Source: Mycolicibacterium smegmatis (lineage in GTDB: Bacteria; Actinomycetota; Actinomycetes; Mycobacteriales; Mycobacteriaceae). Taken from it: a stretch of 32,000 nt of DNA. Below, piece after piece: positions 7,171 to 15,261 of the stretch (the first letter of the stretch is position 1; every line of letters starts with the position of its first letter). The translations under genes were made by a program, and so were the position numbers. The notes below the pieces were generated by a model. It saw only the letters and a program-made list of their open reading frames with translations, was not told where the DNA came from and did not search any database. Location: the NCBI RefSeq assembly GCF_001457595.1, contig NZ_LN831039.1, positions 3,570,001 through 3,602,000 of the forward strand, in the 5' to 3' direction.

Positions 7171-8184
7171 ATGCAGATCTCGTGTGCATTCGCCACCGCG
7201 TCGGACACCCCGAACCACGTCGCACTTGCCGAATCCCTCGGATACCGGCGCGCGTGGCTGTACGACTCGCCCGCCGTCATCACGGACGTCTGGATGACGT
7301 TGGCTCGGTGCGCCGAACGCACCACGCGCATCGGACTCGGCCCCGGCGTCCTGGTACCGAGCCTGCGCCACCCGATGGTGAACGCGTCTGCCATCGCTGA
7401 ACTTGCCACCCTGGCACCGGGTCGGGTGGCGGTCGCCGTCGGAACGGGATTCACGGGGCGGCTTGCGCTGGGCCATCGACCCATCCGATGGAGCGACGTG
7501 GCCGACTACGTTCGATGCTTGAAGACGCTTCTCGCCGGGGAGACCGCCGAGTGGGAGGGTGCGAGGATCCGCATGCTTCAACTGCCCGGATTCGGTGCGC
7601 CTCGCCCGCTCCGAGTGCCTCTTCTGATCGCGGCCGACGGGTCACGGGGACGGGCCGTCGCCACCGAACTCGCCGACGGCGTGTTCTCGGTCCTGCCTCC
7701 CCGGCCGACCGGGCCTGGCGTCCCGAATCGACGCTCCCAGTTGGTGTTCGGCACCGTGCTCTCCGACGGAGAAGATCTGGCCTCTTCGCGCGTGGTGGAA
7801 ACGCTTGCGTCGTCGGCGGTGTTGCACTATCACAGGGTCTATCTCCTCGGAGGCTCCGCGGCAGTTGACGAGCTTCCGGGCGGACGCAGCTGGCGCAAGG
7901 CCGTAGAGAGCTACCCCGCCGACGAGCGTCACCTTGCCATACACCTCGTACAACCCGATCGACGCCATCGGCCGCACCTCGACAGCCTCATCCGGCCCGG
8001 CATGCTCGTCGGTACCGGGGCGCACGTGGCGAAGCTGATCGCGCGCTACCGTGCGGCCGGTGTCACCGAAATCGTCTACCAGCCCGCCGGTCCCGACATC
8101 GAGCGAGAGCTCCATGCATTCGCCGACGCCGCGGGACTGACCATCGGCCGAAGACACACCGTGTGTCCACTGGCCAGCACGTAG
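7171..8184 (+). CDS. luciferase-like monooxygenase (LLM) class flavin/F420-dependent oxidoreductase
   Basis: MQISCAFATASDTPNHVALAESLGYRRAWLYDSPAV...IGLGPGVLVPSLRHPMV..VAVGTGFTG is a typical LLM/F420-dependent TIM-barrel N-terminus. The cofactor and substrate cannot be assigned. Confidence 0.85.
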   Translation: MQISCAFATASDTPNHVALAESLGYRRAWLYDSPAVITDVWMTLARCAERTTRIGLGPGVLVPSLRHPMVNASAIAELATLAPGRVAVAVGTGFTGRLALGHRPIRWSDVADYVRCLKTLLAGETAEWEGARIRMLQLPGFGAPRPLRVPLLIAADGSRGRAVATELADGVFSVLPPRPTGPGVPNRRSQLVFGTVLSDGEDLASSRVVETLASSAVLHYHRVYLLGGSAAVDELPGGRSWRKAVESYPADERHLAIHLVQPDRRHRPHLDSLIRPGMLVGTGAHVAKLIARYRAAGVTEIVYQPAGPDIERELHAFADAAGLTIGRRHTVCPLAST

Positions 8185-8715
8185 CCAGGATGAAGGCCGA
8201 CACCACCGACGATTGGTGGCTGTCCCCGGCGACATGGGGACCACATTCCGGCAACGTTTCCCGGTGTGAACATCATTCAATATGCCTTGCAACGGAATAC
8301 GTCGCTACTTTTCTCTGCAGGCGCGCTCTCCACCCGCCGGATGATCACGCATGCCGGGCTGCGATTTCCCATGTTCGTGTTGCCGCTTCCGTCCCGGAGG
8401 CCACGTTCCCGCGGCCGTTGGGCGGTCCGCAGGCGCTGCCCGCGCAAATCGGTCGACAAACGCTGACCATGTGTGACGTGATTGCCATGGCAGTGCTGGT
8501 CTCAGCGGCAGTGACACTGTCGGTGGCCAAGTACTGGCTCAGTCGGCGCATCGTCGTCCATTGAGCTCTGTCGCCGCCCGGATCAACTGTGAAATGCCTT
8601 GCTGTTCACGGCGGAGACGCCTATCCGGGATTAACACAACACATCTCGGCATTGTTATCAACGAGGGTTTTCACATGCCGTGATGCTGGTTGTGGACAGG
8701 GAATCGAAGGCTGAG

Positions 8716-9360
8716 ATGCGCGTTGTCGTGGCAGAAGACGAAATCATCCTGCGCGAAGGGCTGTGCAGCCTGCTCGCACAAGAGGGGTTCGACGTGGTGG
8801 CACAGGCTGACACCGCTGACGGGTTGCTCGCCGCGGTGCGCGACAAGAACCCGGATCTCGCCCTGGTCGACATCAGGATGCCGCCACGGCACAGTACAGA
8901 AGGGATCGACGCGGCCAAGATCATCCAACAGGAGTTCCCGCGTACGGCGATCTTGGTGCTGTCCGCTCACATTGACGCCCAACACGCCAAAGAGCTTCTG
9001 CGCAGCGGGCGTCCGGTAGGCTACCTGCTCAAGAGCCGGGTCGCGAGCAAGAGTGTGTTGCTCGACGCAATCCGCCGAGTGGCCGACGGCGAATCGGTCC
9101 TCGATTCCACCTTTGTGCAGGAACTGGTCTCGGGAGCACGTCACAACGATCCGCTGGACACCCTGACCCGACGCGAGCACGAGGTTCTCATGCTGATGGC
9201 CGAAGGGCTCTCCAATGCCGGCATCGCGCGACGTCTCGTCGTGGCCGAGACCACGGTCGAAAAACATATCGGGAACATCCTGGCGAAGCTGAACCTTATC
9301 GACGGCGAGGACACCCATCGTCGCGTGGCCGCTGTGCTCCGGTATCTGGAAGCCCGATAG
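8716..9360 (+). CDS. NarL/LuxR-family two-component response regulator
   Basis: The receiver domain has MRVVVAEDE and LALVDIRMP. The C-terminal LuxR helix-turn-helix reads LTRREHEVLMLMAEGLSNAGIARRLVVAETTVEKHIGNILAKL. ATG 8716 has GAAGG 5 nt upstream. Confidence 0.9.
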   Translation: MRVVVAEDEIILREGLCSLLAQEGFDVVAQADTADGLLAAVRDKNPDLALVDIRMPPRHSTEGIDAAKIIQQEFPRTAILVLSAHIDAQHAKELLRSGRPVGYLLKSRVASKSVLLDAIRRVADGESVLDSTFVQELVSGARHNDPLDTLTRREHEVLMLMAEGLSNAGIARRLVVAETTVEKHIGNILAKLNLIDGEDTHRRVAAVLRYLEAR

Positions 9361-9364
9361 TTCT

Positions 9365-10546
9365 TCAGCCGCAGCACACATTCGTTGCAGCGCAGTCGAT
9401 GTCGAACTGGATGTGGGTGCCCCCTCCGGTCGGACTCAGGACCGACAATCGCCCGCCCAAGGCCTCGGCCCGATCATGCAAACCCAGCAGCCCCGTGCCG
9501 GACCGGACGTCTGCGCCACCGATCCCGTCGTCGATGACCGCGACGTGCAACATGGCGCCGCCGAGTTCGGCCTCGATCCGCACGCGCGTAGCGTGCGCGT
9601 GCTTGGTCGCGTTGGCCAGCGCCTCCGCCGCAATGTAGTACGCTCCCGATTCGATCGACGTCGGCAGCCGGTCCGGGACACCCAACCGGAGCTCGACCGG
9701 TAACACCGAGCGGGCGGCCAGCGCACGCAGTGCGGGCTCGAGGCCCGCTTGCGAGAGGATCGCCGGGTGGATACCGCGGGCGAGTTCACGAAGATCGCCG
9801 ATGACCGTATCGAGACCGATTGACAGCTCCTTCAACTGGTTTCGAATGCTGTCGCTGACGCCTGGGCAGTCTGACAGCATCGCGACGCGTAGCGCCAAGC
9901 TCACGAGGTGTTGTTGCGCACCGTCGTGAAGGTCGCGTTCGAGTCGCTTACGTGCATTGTCGAAGGCCGCGACGATGCGAGTGCGTGACGCACGGATCTC
10001 CGCACGGCTCTGTGCGGTGGCGATTGCCGTGGCGGTCAGGCCGGTGAACTCCGCGAGGCACCGCTCCACGTCGGCGGGAAGGGGCCCGGTCACCGAACCG
10101 ATCGCGATGAACCCCCATAGCCTGCCTGCGACGTATATCGGGACCGCGACCCCGCTGACCAACCCTTCGCTCACGTACGGCTCCCCGCCGGGGACCTCGC
10201 GGTAGTCGTCGACCCGGGCCGACCGGCCCGTGTTCCACACCTTCTGCGTCAACCCGCATTCCGGGTAACCGGTCCAAGGCCCACCCACTCGGACATGGGG
10301 GCCGATGGTCCCGACATTCGCGACCATCGTCGCCGTGCCGTCGGACTCAAAGCGCACCATGCGGGCCGTGGCAGCGCCGTAGCGCCGGCGGACCTCCCCG
10401 GTCACCGCGGTGAACACGTCCGATGGCGGGGTGTCCCGCGCGATCAGGACCGCCAGGCGTCGAAGCGCGGCTTGGGTCTCGACCAGCTCGCGAAGGTTGC
10501 GCCGCCGGTCAGCCATCGTCACCGCGCCACTCTTGCGGGGATCCAC
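9365..10546 (-). CDS. soluble GAF-domain sensor histidine kinase (HisKA_3 + HATPase_c)
   Basis: No transmembrane segment is visible. A GAF-like N-terminal half is followed by the H-box RDLHDGAQQHLVSL, the N-box AEALANATKHA, and G-boxes DDGIGGA and GTGLLGLHDRAEALGG. The start could be GTG 10546 or ATG 10516. Confidence 0.88.
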   Translation of the reverse strand: MDPRKSGAVTMADRRRNLRELVETQAALRRLAVLIARDTPPSDVFTAVTGEVRRRYGAATARMVRFESDGTATMVANVGTIGPHVRVGGPWTGYPECGLTQKVWNTGRSARVDDYREVPGGEPYVSEGLVSGVAVPIYVAGRLWGFIAIGSVTGPLPADVERCLAEFTGLTATAIATAQSRAEIRASRTRIVAAFDNARKRLERDLHDGAQQHLVSLALRVAMLSDCPGVSDSIRNQLKELSIGLDTVIGDLRELARGIHPAILSQAGLEPALRALAARSVLPVELRLGVPDRLPTSIESGAYYIAAEALANATKHAHATRVRIEAELGGAMLHVAVIDDGIGGADVRSGTGLLGLHDRAEALGGRLSVLSPTGGGTHIQFDIDCAATNVCCG

Positions 10547-10690
10547 ACGCGTCCTGCGTCGCTGCCGCGCTCGACGGCCGGGATCCCCGTGGGTGCCGTA
10601 CGCCTCCGATGACCGACGACACGACCAGGTATCCCCTGAACAGAACCTGTTGCCATCGATAGCTCACCTGCGACTCGCTCGCATGTTACC

Positions 10691-10717
10691 GTTGATATCG
10701 TCATTCACGATATCAAC
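10691..10717. promoter_or_regulatory. candidate operator (or terminator): perfect 11-bp inverted repeat GTTGATATCGT-cattc-ACGATATCAAC
   Basis: An AT-rich palindrome 34 nt downstream of the DHFR-family gene stop and about 150 nt upstream of the histidine kinase start. The AT-rich stem has no U-tract, so a protein-binding site seems more likely than a terminator. Confidence 0.4.
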
Positions 10718-10750
10718 GATACTCGCGTGATCGCCGGCCTTCGGGACGGT

Positions 10751-11398
10751 TCAGCGTCGCCAGAACAAGTGGTGCAGGACGCCACTGGAACTCGGTACCA
10801 CCTCGAGGTGGTACCGATCGAGCAGTTCCTCAGGTGTTTCCCAGAGTCTCGAACCAGACCCGATGGTGACCGCAGGTGAAACCGCGACGTGGAGCGTGTC
10901 GATCAGGCCGGCGTCGAGGAACTCGCGAACCGTGCTCGCGCCGCCACCGAGGCGAACGTCTTTGCCCTGCGCGGCCTTCCGCGCGAGTCGCAGCGCGGTG
11001 TGCGGGTCGGCATCGATGAAATGGAACGTCGTATCCGACAACGTGAACGACGGACGCGGGTGATGCGTCAAGACGAATACCGGGGTATGGAAGGGCGGCT
11101 CGTCACCCCACCAGCCTCGCCACTCGTGATCGGCCCACGGACCACGGTGCGGACTGAACTTGTTGCGCCCCATGATCTCCGCGCCGATGTTGTTCGCGAA
11201 ATCGCGGGTGAAGTAGTCGTCCAGGCCGCGGCTGCCGCCTGAGTCGGTGCGGTTGGGCCAGCTCGCCGTGGCCCCCGCCCACGCGAACATCCTGTTCGGA
11301 TCGACGTCGCCGAACGGACGTTCGAAGCACTGGTTGTCGGCGGCGCCGAAACCGTCCTGCGACACGTTGAAGTTCTGCACCTTGAGCAGCTGGGCCAC
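10751..11398 (-). CDS. dihydrofolate-reductase-family protein (RibD C-terminal domain type)
   Basis: KVQNFNVSQDGFGA...MGRNKF...PVFVLTH...RLGGGASTVREFLDAGLIDTLHVAVSPAV is typical of the RibD_C/YwjB-like family. I set the start at GTG 11398 because AGGAGG lies 5 nt upstream. The track start is 11425. Confidence 0.85.
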   Translation of the reverse strand: MAQLLKVQNFNVSQDGFGAADNQCFERPFGDVDPNRMFAWAGATASWPNRTDSGGSRGLDDYFTRDFANNIGAEIMGRNKFSPHRGPWADHEWRGWWGDEPPFHTPVFVLTHHPRPSFTLSDTTFHFIDADPHTALRLARKAAQGKDVRLGGGASTVREFLDAGLIDTLHVAVSPAVTIGSGSRLWETPEELLDRYHLEVVPSSSGVLHHLFWRR

Positions 11399-11507
11399 GT
11401 GTTCCTCCTGATTGGTTGCTGACACGCTGTAGACCCTCGAAGCCGGCGAAACTCATCGACAGGATTCGTCAGAGCCGCACCGACAGTCCGGAGAGTACCG
11501 TCGATTC

Positions 11508-12203
11508 ATGGCTCTACGCGCACTGGTTTTCGATGTCTTCGGAACCCTTGTCGACTGGCGCTCGGGCGTCGCCGATGCCTTCCGCTCCGCGGGTGTGGTG
11601 GGCGACCCCGACGACCTCGCCGATGCGTGGCGGGCCCGGTACCGCCCGATCCTCGACGAGGTCAACGACGGTCTGCGGCCGTGGGGGAACTTCGACGAGC
11701 TTCACCTGGCGACGCTTCAGGACGTGCTGAGCGAGCGGGACATCGCGTTGTCGCCGGATCAATTGACTTCTCTTGTGCATGCGTGGCACCGGCTCGATCC
11801 GTGGCCGGACGTCCGGGACGGGCTAGAACTGTTGCGCAGCAATTTCCTCATCGCACCGTTGTCCAATGGGCACGTGAGGCTGGTCGTGGATCTCGCCCGT
11901 CACGGCGACCTGCGGTTCGACTGCATACTCTCGGCCGAACTGGCGCACGCCTACAAGCCCGCACCCGAGACGTATCTGACCGCGGCACACCTTCTCGACG
12001 TCGATCCCTCGGAGGTGATGCTGGTGGCCGCGCATCCGTCCGACCTTGCCGGCGCCCGCGCAGCCGGGCTTCGCACCGCGTTCATCGACCGTCCCCTTGA
12101 GCACGGGCCGGCCACGCCGAAGCGGTCCGACCGCAAGGCGGACGTCTCCGCCGCCGACCTGCACGAGCTGGCGAGGCTGCTCGGCGACGAAGGGAAGGCC
12201 TAA
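11508..12203 (+). CDS. HAD-superfamily hydrolase, haloacid dehalogenase type II-like
   Basis: HAD motif I is ALVFDVFGTLVDW. Later motifs are APLSNG, AHAYKP and MLVAAHPSDLAGARAAG. Confidence 0.85.
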   Translation: MALRALVFDVFGTLVDWRSGVADAFRSAGVVGDPDDLADAWRARYRPILDEVNDGLRPWGNFDELHLATLQDVLSERDIALSPDQLTSLVHAWHRLDPWPDVRDGLELLRSNFLIAPLSNGHVRLVVDLARHGDLRFDCILSAELAHAYKPAPETYLTAAHLLDVDPSEVMLVAAHPSDLAGARAAGLRTAFIDRPLEHGPATPKRSDRKADVSAADLHELARLLGDEGKA

Positions 12204-12225
12204 CAACGGTTTTGACTTAGCCTTC

Positions 12226-13077
12226 TCAGTCCGTGAAAGCCACCGACGCGGAAAGCTCTCTGCTCTCATCAAGTGCCGCAAGGCGTTCCGTGAGTCCCAC
12301 GCGGATCGCGTGGTAGCTGTCGTCGCCGAGCGTGAGGCGCAGCGGCGGGTCCGGGTTGCGGGTCGAGTCGTAGATGACGGCGGCGATCTTGGCCGGGTCA
12401 CCGGCGAAAGCGGTGTCGTCGGCGTTCTCCAGCACACGTCGGGTCTGGCCGACCGCAGTCTGCCGGTACGGCTCCGACTCGACGGTGTACTGCATCGCTG
12501 AGGCGAAACCGGTGCGGGTGCCGCCGGGTTCGACAAGGGTGAGGCGGATTCCGAACTCGGCGACCTCACGGCTGACGCTCTCGGTGAATCCCTCCAAACC
12601 CCATTTGGCGGCGTGATAGGCACTGTGCGTCGGGACCGCGACCTGACCGCCCATGCTGGAGATCTGGATGATCCGGCCGCCGCCCTGCTCACGCATCGGT
12701 TTCAAGAACGCACGGGTGATGAGCATCGGGGCCATCAGGAGAACGTCGATCTGGTCGCGGATCTGCTCGACCGTCATTTCCTCGGCGGCGCCGACGACCA
12801 CGTAGCCGGCATTGTTCACCACGATGTCCACCGGACCGGCGAGCAGTGTCCGCTCGATGACCGGCGCGATGTCGTGCGGCTCGGCGAGGTCGAGGACCTC
12901 GACGGTCAACCGGTCCCCGTAGGCGTCGCACAGATCGGCCAGGGCCGTGGCGCGCCGGACGGTCGCGGTCACGCGGTCGCCTTGCCGCAGGGCGCATTCG
13001 GCGAGATGGTGCCCCAGTCCACCTGAGGCACCTGTGATGAACCAGTGCCGAACGGCCTGGTCAGAACGTGCGGTCAT
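12226..13077 (-). CDS. short-chain dehydrogenase/reductase (SDR)
   Basis: It has the WFITGASGGLG Rossmann motif, NNAG, and the catalytic YHAAK. I set the start at ATG 13077 (MTARSD...). The track ORF extends to 13194 across the operator region. Confidence 0.9.
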   Translation of the reverse strand: MTARSDQAVRHWFITGASGGLGHHLAECALRQGDRVTATVRRATALADLCDAYGDRLTVEVLDLAEPHDIAPVIERTLLAGPVDIVVNNAGYVVVGAAEEMTVEQIRDQIDVLLMAPMLITRAFLKPMREQGGGRIIQISSMGGQVAVPTHSAYHAAKWGLEGFTESVSREVAEFGIRLTLVEPGGTRTGFASAMQYTVESEPYRQTAVGQTRRVLENADDTAFAGDPAKIAAVIYDSTRNPDPPLRLTLGDDSYHAIRVGLTERLAALDESRELSASVAFTD

Positions 13078-13100
13078 CGATGCCCCTGGCGTAGGTTTAA

Positions 13101-13139
13101 CGGAATGTGTTCCGCTTACCTTAAGTGGAACACATTCCG
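13101..13139. promoter_or_regulatory. TetR-type operator: perfect 13-bp inverted repeat CGGAATGTGTTCC-n13-GGAACACATTCCG
   Basis: It lies in the 94-nt divergent region between the SDR (minus strand) and the TetR gene (plus strand). The segment is AT-rich relative to its surroundings. Confidence 0.6.
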
Positions 13140-13171
13140 GATAGCAACTTGAGCCTCGCGGAGGAATGCAC

Positions 13172-13750
13172 ATGGCCAACCCGACGCGCCGCACGAGGAG
13201 CGATGCCCTTCAGAATCGGGCCCGCATCCTCGAGGTGGCCGCCAAGGCATTCGCCGAGCAGGGACTGGACACCGCCCCGGCCGCCATCGCCAAACTGGCC
13301 GGCGTCGGCATAGGCACACTCTACCGCCACTTCCCCACCCGCGAGACCCTCATCGACGCCGCGTACCGCCATCAGCTCACGCGAGTGTGCGACGCGGTCG
13401 CCGACCTCGCCGCACGGCATCCTGGCGACGAGGCCACCCGCAGGTGGATGGAGCGCTTCATCGACTACGCCACCGCCAAAAGTGGTATGTCCGAGGCGCT
13501 CAACGCGGTCATCGCTTCCGGGGCCGACCCGTTTGCCGACAGCCTTTCGATGCTCACCGAAGCGGTCGGCACACTCCTGGAGGCAGGACGCCGCGACCAC
13601 ACCCTGCGCACGGATGTCACTGCAGGCGACGTCCTGCTCTTCATGGGTGGCATCGCCTACGCCGCACAACACGGCACGCGGGACCAGGCCCGCCGATTGG
13701 TCGATCTCTTCATCGACGCGCTGACCAAGGACACGCGCCCAGACACATGA
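13172..13750 (+). CDS. TetR/AcrR-family transcriptional regulator
   Basis: The helix-turn-helix is RILEVAAKAFAEQGLDTAPAAIAKLAGVGIGTLYRHFPTRE. GGAGGA (13160-13165) lies 6 nt before ATG 13172. The alternative ATG 13166 abuts the Shine-Dalgarno sequence. Confidence 0.9.
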   Translation: MANPTRRTRSDALQNRARILEVAAKAFAEQGLDTAPAAIAKLAGVGIGTLYRHFPTRETLIDAAYRHQLTRVCDAVADLAARHPGDEATRRWMERFIDYATAKSGMSEALNAVIASGADPFADSLSMLTEAVGTLLEAGRRDHTLRTDVTAGDVLLFMGGIAYAAQHGTRDQARRLVDLFIDALTKDTRPDT

Positions 13751-13918
13751 CCCTCTTCGGACTCATGACACCGCGACCGGGAGACCTTCGAGGAGATGCC
13801 CCGCTCGGCCGTCACCGGAGTCCGCCGCCGGTGAACTGCGGTGCACTGTCACCACCGATCGTTTCGATTGGCTAAGCTTTGGGGGTACGTGTCCGACCCG
13901 AACACCGAGGTGACATAC

Positions 13919-14161
13919 ATGATCTTGATCAGGGCGGCTTTGGCCGGCGTCGCAGCTGCCGGCGTGGTCCTCGGCGGAGCAATGGGCCTGGCCACCGCGA
14001 GCGCCGATCCGGTACCTCCGCCACCCGGTCCCCCGGTTCCTCCGAACGCCCCGAAAAAGCCTGCGGAGACCTGGCAGGGACATCCGATGGTGTGGGCACA
14101 GCTACCGGCGGGCGGCCACTGGGGCGTGTGGATCAACGGAGACTTCCTTCCGTTCAGCTAG
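13919..14161 (+). CDS. small secreted protein (80 aa) with Pro-rich N-terminus
   Basis: GAGGTG lies upstream of ATG 13919. The signal peptide is MILIRAALAGVAAAGVVLGGAMGLATASA|DPVPPPPGPPVPP. The C-terminus is Trp/Gly-rich (WQGHPMVWAQLPAGGHWGVWINGDF). The track ORF starts earlier, at 13841. Confidence 0.6.
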   Translation: MILIRAALAGVAAAGVVLGGAMGLATASADPVPPPPGPPVPPNAPKKPAETWQGHPMVWAQLPAGGHWGVWINGDFLPFS

Positions 14162-14313
14162 TCCGTCGGCCTTGTGCGGCGCGGCCGGTATGCCGCCGGA
14201 ACAGCAGGCGTGCAAGGCATTCACCACGGTCGACGGTCCTTCCGGCGGCATCGGCATGACTCATCGGCACGCTGGCGTGCACCCCGGCTCTCCGGGTGGT
14301 CATCATGGACTGC

Positions 14314-14679
14314 ATGGAGTCGACACGCATAGACCGGTGGCTGTGGGCGGTGCGGCTGACCAAGACCCGGCCGGACGCCGCGGCGGCATGCCGAGGCGGC
14401 CATGTCCGGGTCAACGACCGCGTGGCGAAGCCGTCGACGACCGTGGCGCCCGGCGACGAGGTACGTGCCAGGCTCGGTGACCGCACCCGCATCGTCGAGG
14501 TCGTGCGCGTCATCCAGAAACGGGTCGGCGCGGCCGACGCCGTGACCTGCTACCTCGATCGCAGTCCAGCCCTACCGCCGGCGGTGACAGTGCCCGTCGC
14601 GGTCCGTGACCGGGGTGCCGGACGGCCGACCAAACGCGATCGCCGCCTGCTCGACAAGTGGCGGTCCGGTCAGATCTGA
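14314..14679 (+). CDS. RNA-binding S4-domain protein (Hsp15-like)
   Basis: RIDRWLWAVRLTKTRPDAAAACRGGHVRVNDRVAKPSTTVAPGDEV is a canonical S4 fold. The start could be ATG 14314 or 14305. Confidence 0.8.
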   Translation: MESTRIDRWLWAVRLTKTRPDAAAACRGGHVRVNDRVAKPSTTVAPGDEVRARLGDRTRIVEVVRVIQKRVGAADAVTCYLDRSPALPPAVTVPVAVRDRGAGRPTKRDRRLLDKWRSGQI

Positions 14680-14684
14680 TACGG

Positions 14685-15128
14685 CTACGATCCGCATTCC
14701 GCACCCAATTTCCTCGGGTTCCGCAGACCGATCACGATGAGTACGACCGAGACGAGGATCGCGTAGGCGATGCTGCGAAAACCGGTTCCTGCCAGTCGCT
14801 CCTGCCACGGTTTGCCGCGATGCCCCTGCGACAGAATCGGATTCGCCGCCGCCGTACCCATCGCCGCACCCAATGCGGTGAACAGCCAGTTGCCGTATGT
14901 GCCGTACAGCGCGGTCCACCGCGCGATGCGGGCGAGCGGAGGCGGCAGCGCCACCTGTCCCCACACTGCACCCAGCGCGATCAGGAACGTACCGTTCATG
15001 ACGCCCTCGAGGTGCGCGGACAGCGCCATCCTCATGTTGGTGAAACGACGCTCCTGCAATCCGGTGACCAGTCCGATCAGGAACAGGAACGCGCCGTGCC
15101 GTATCAGTTTGCGATCAGCGGTCTCCAT
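14685..15128 (-). CDS. integral membrane protein, hydroxylaminobenzene-mutase (HabA/HabB)-like
   Basis: AAGGAGA lies 5 nt upstream of ATG 15128. The protein is 147 aa with about four hydrophobic helices and the motif LSAHLEGVMNG. The family assignment is from memory. The track ORF 14685..15512 carries an Arg/Ser-rich N-terminal extension that overlaps the ndh 3' end, which is implausible. Confidence 0.7.
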   Translation of the reverse strand: METADRKLIRHGAFLFLIGLVTGLQERRFTNMRMALSAHLEGVMNGTFLIALGAVWGQVALPPPLARIARWTALYGTYGNWLFTALGAAMGTAAANPILSQGHRGKPWQERLAGTGFRSIAYAILVSVVLIVIGLRNPRKLGAECGS

Positions 15129-15261
15129 CGGGTTCTCCTTGCCAGATGCTGACGGATCGATCCCGTCAACTGCCAGCAAGTGTGCGACTGCGCCAAGCCG
15201 CGATGATCCCGTGTTCGCGCCGGTTTTCGCACAATTTGCGACATGGGCGCAGACGAAGAGA

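Noticed and set aside
8163-8564. A 133-aa ORF and other 60-70-aa ORFs on both strands across the 8185-8715 gap.
   Set aside because: There are no recognisable motifs, no Shine-Dalgarno sequences and mixed codon bias. Only the terminal 31-codon hydrophobic segment is worth noting, and it is reported as a low-confidence finding.
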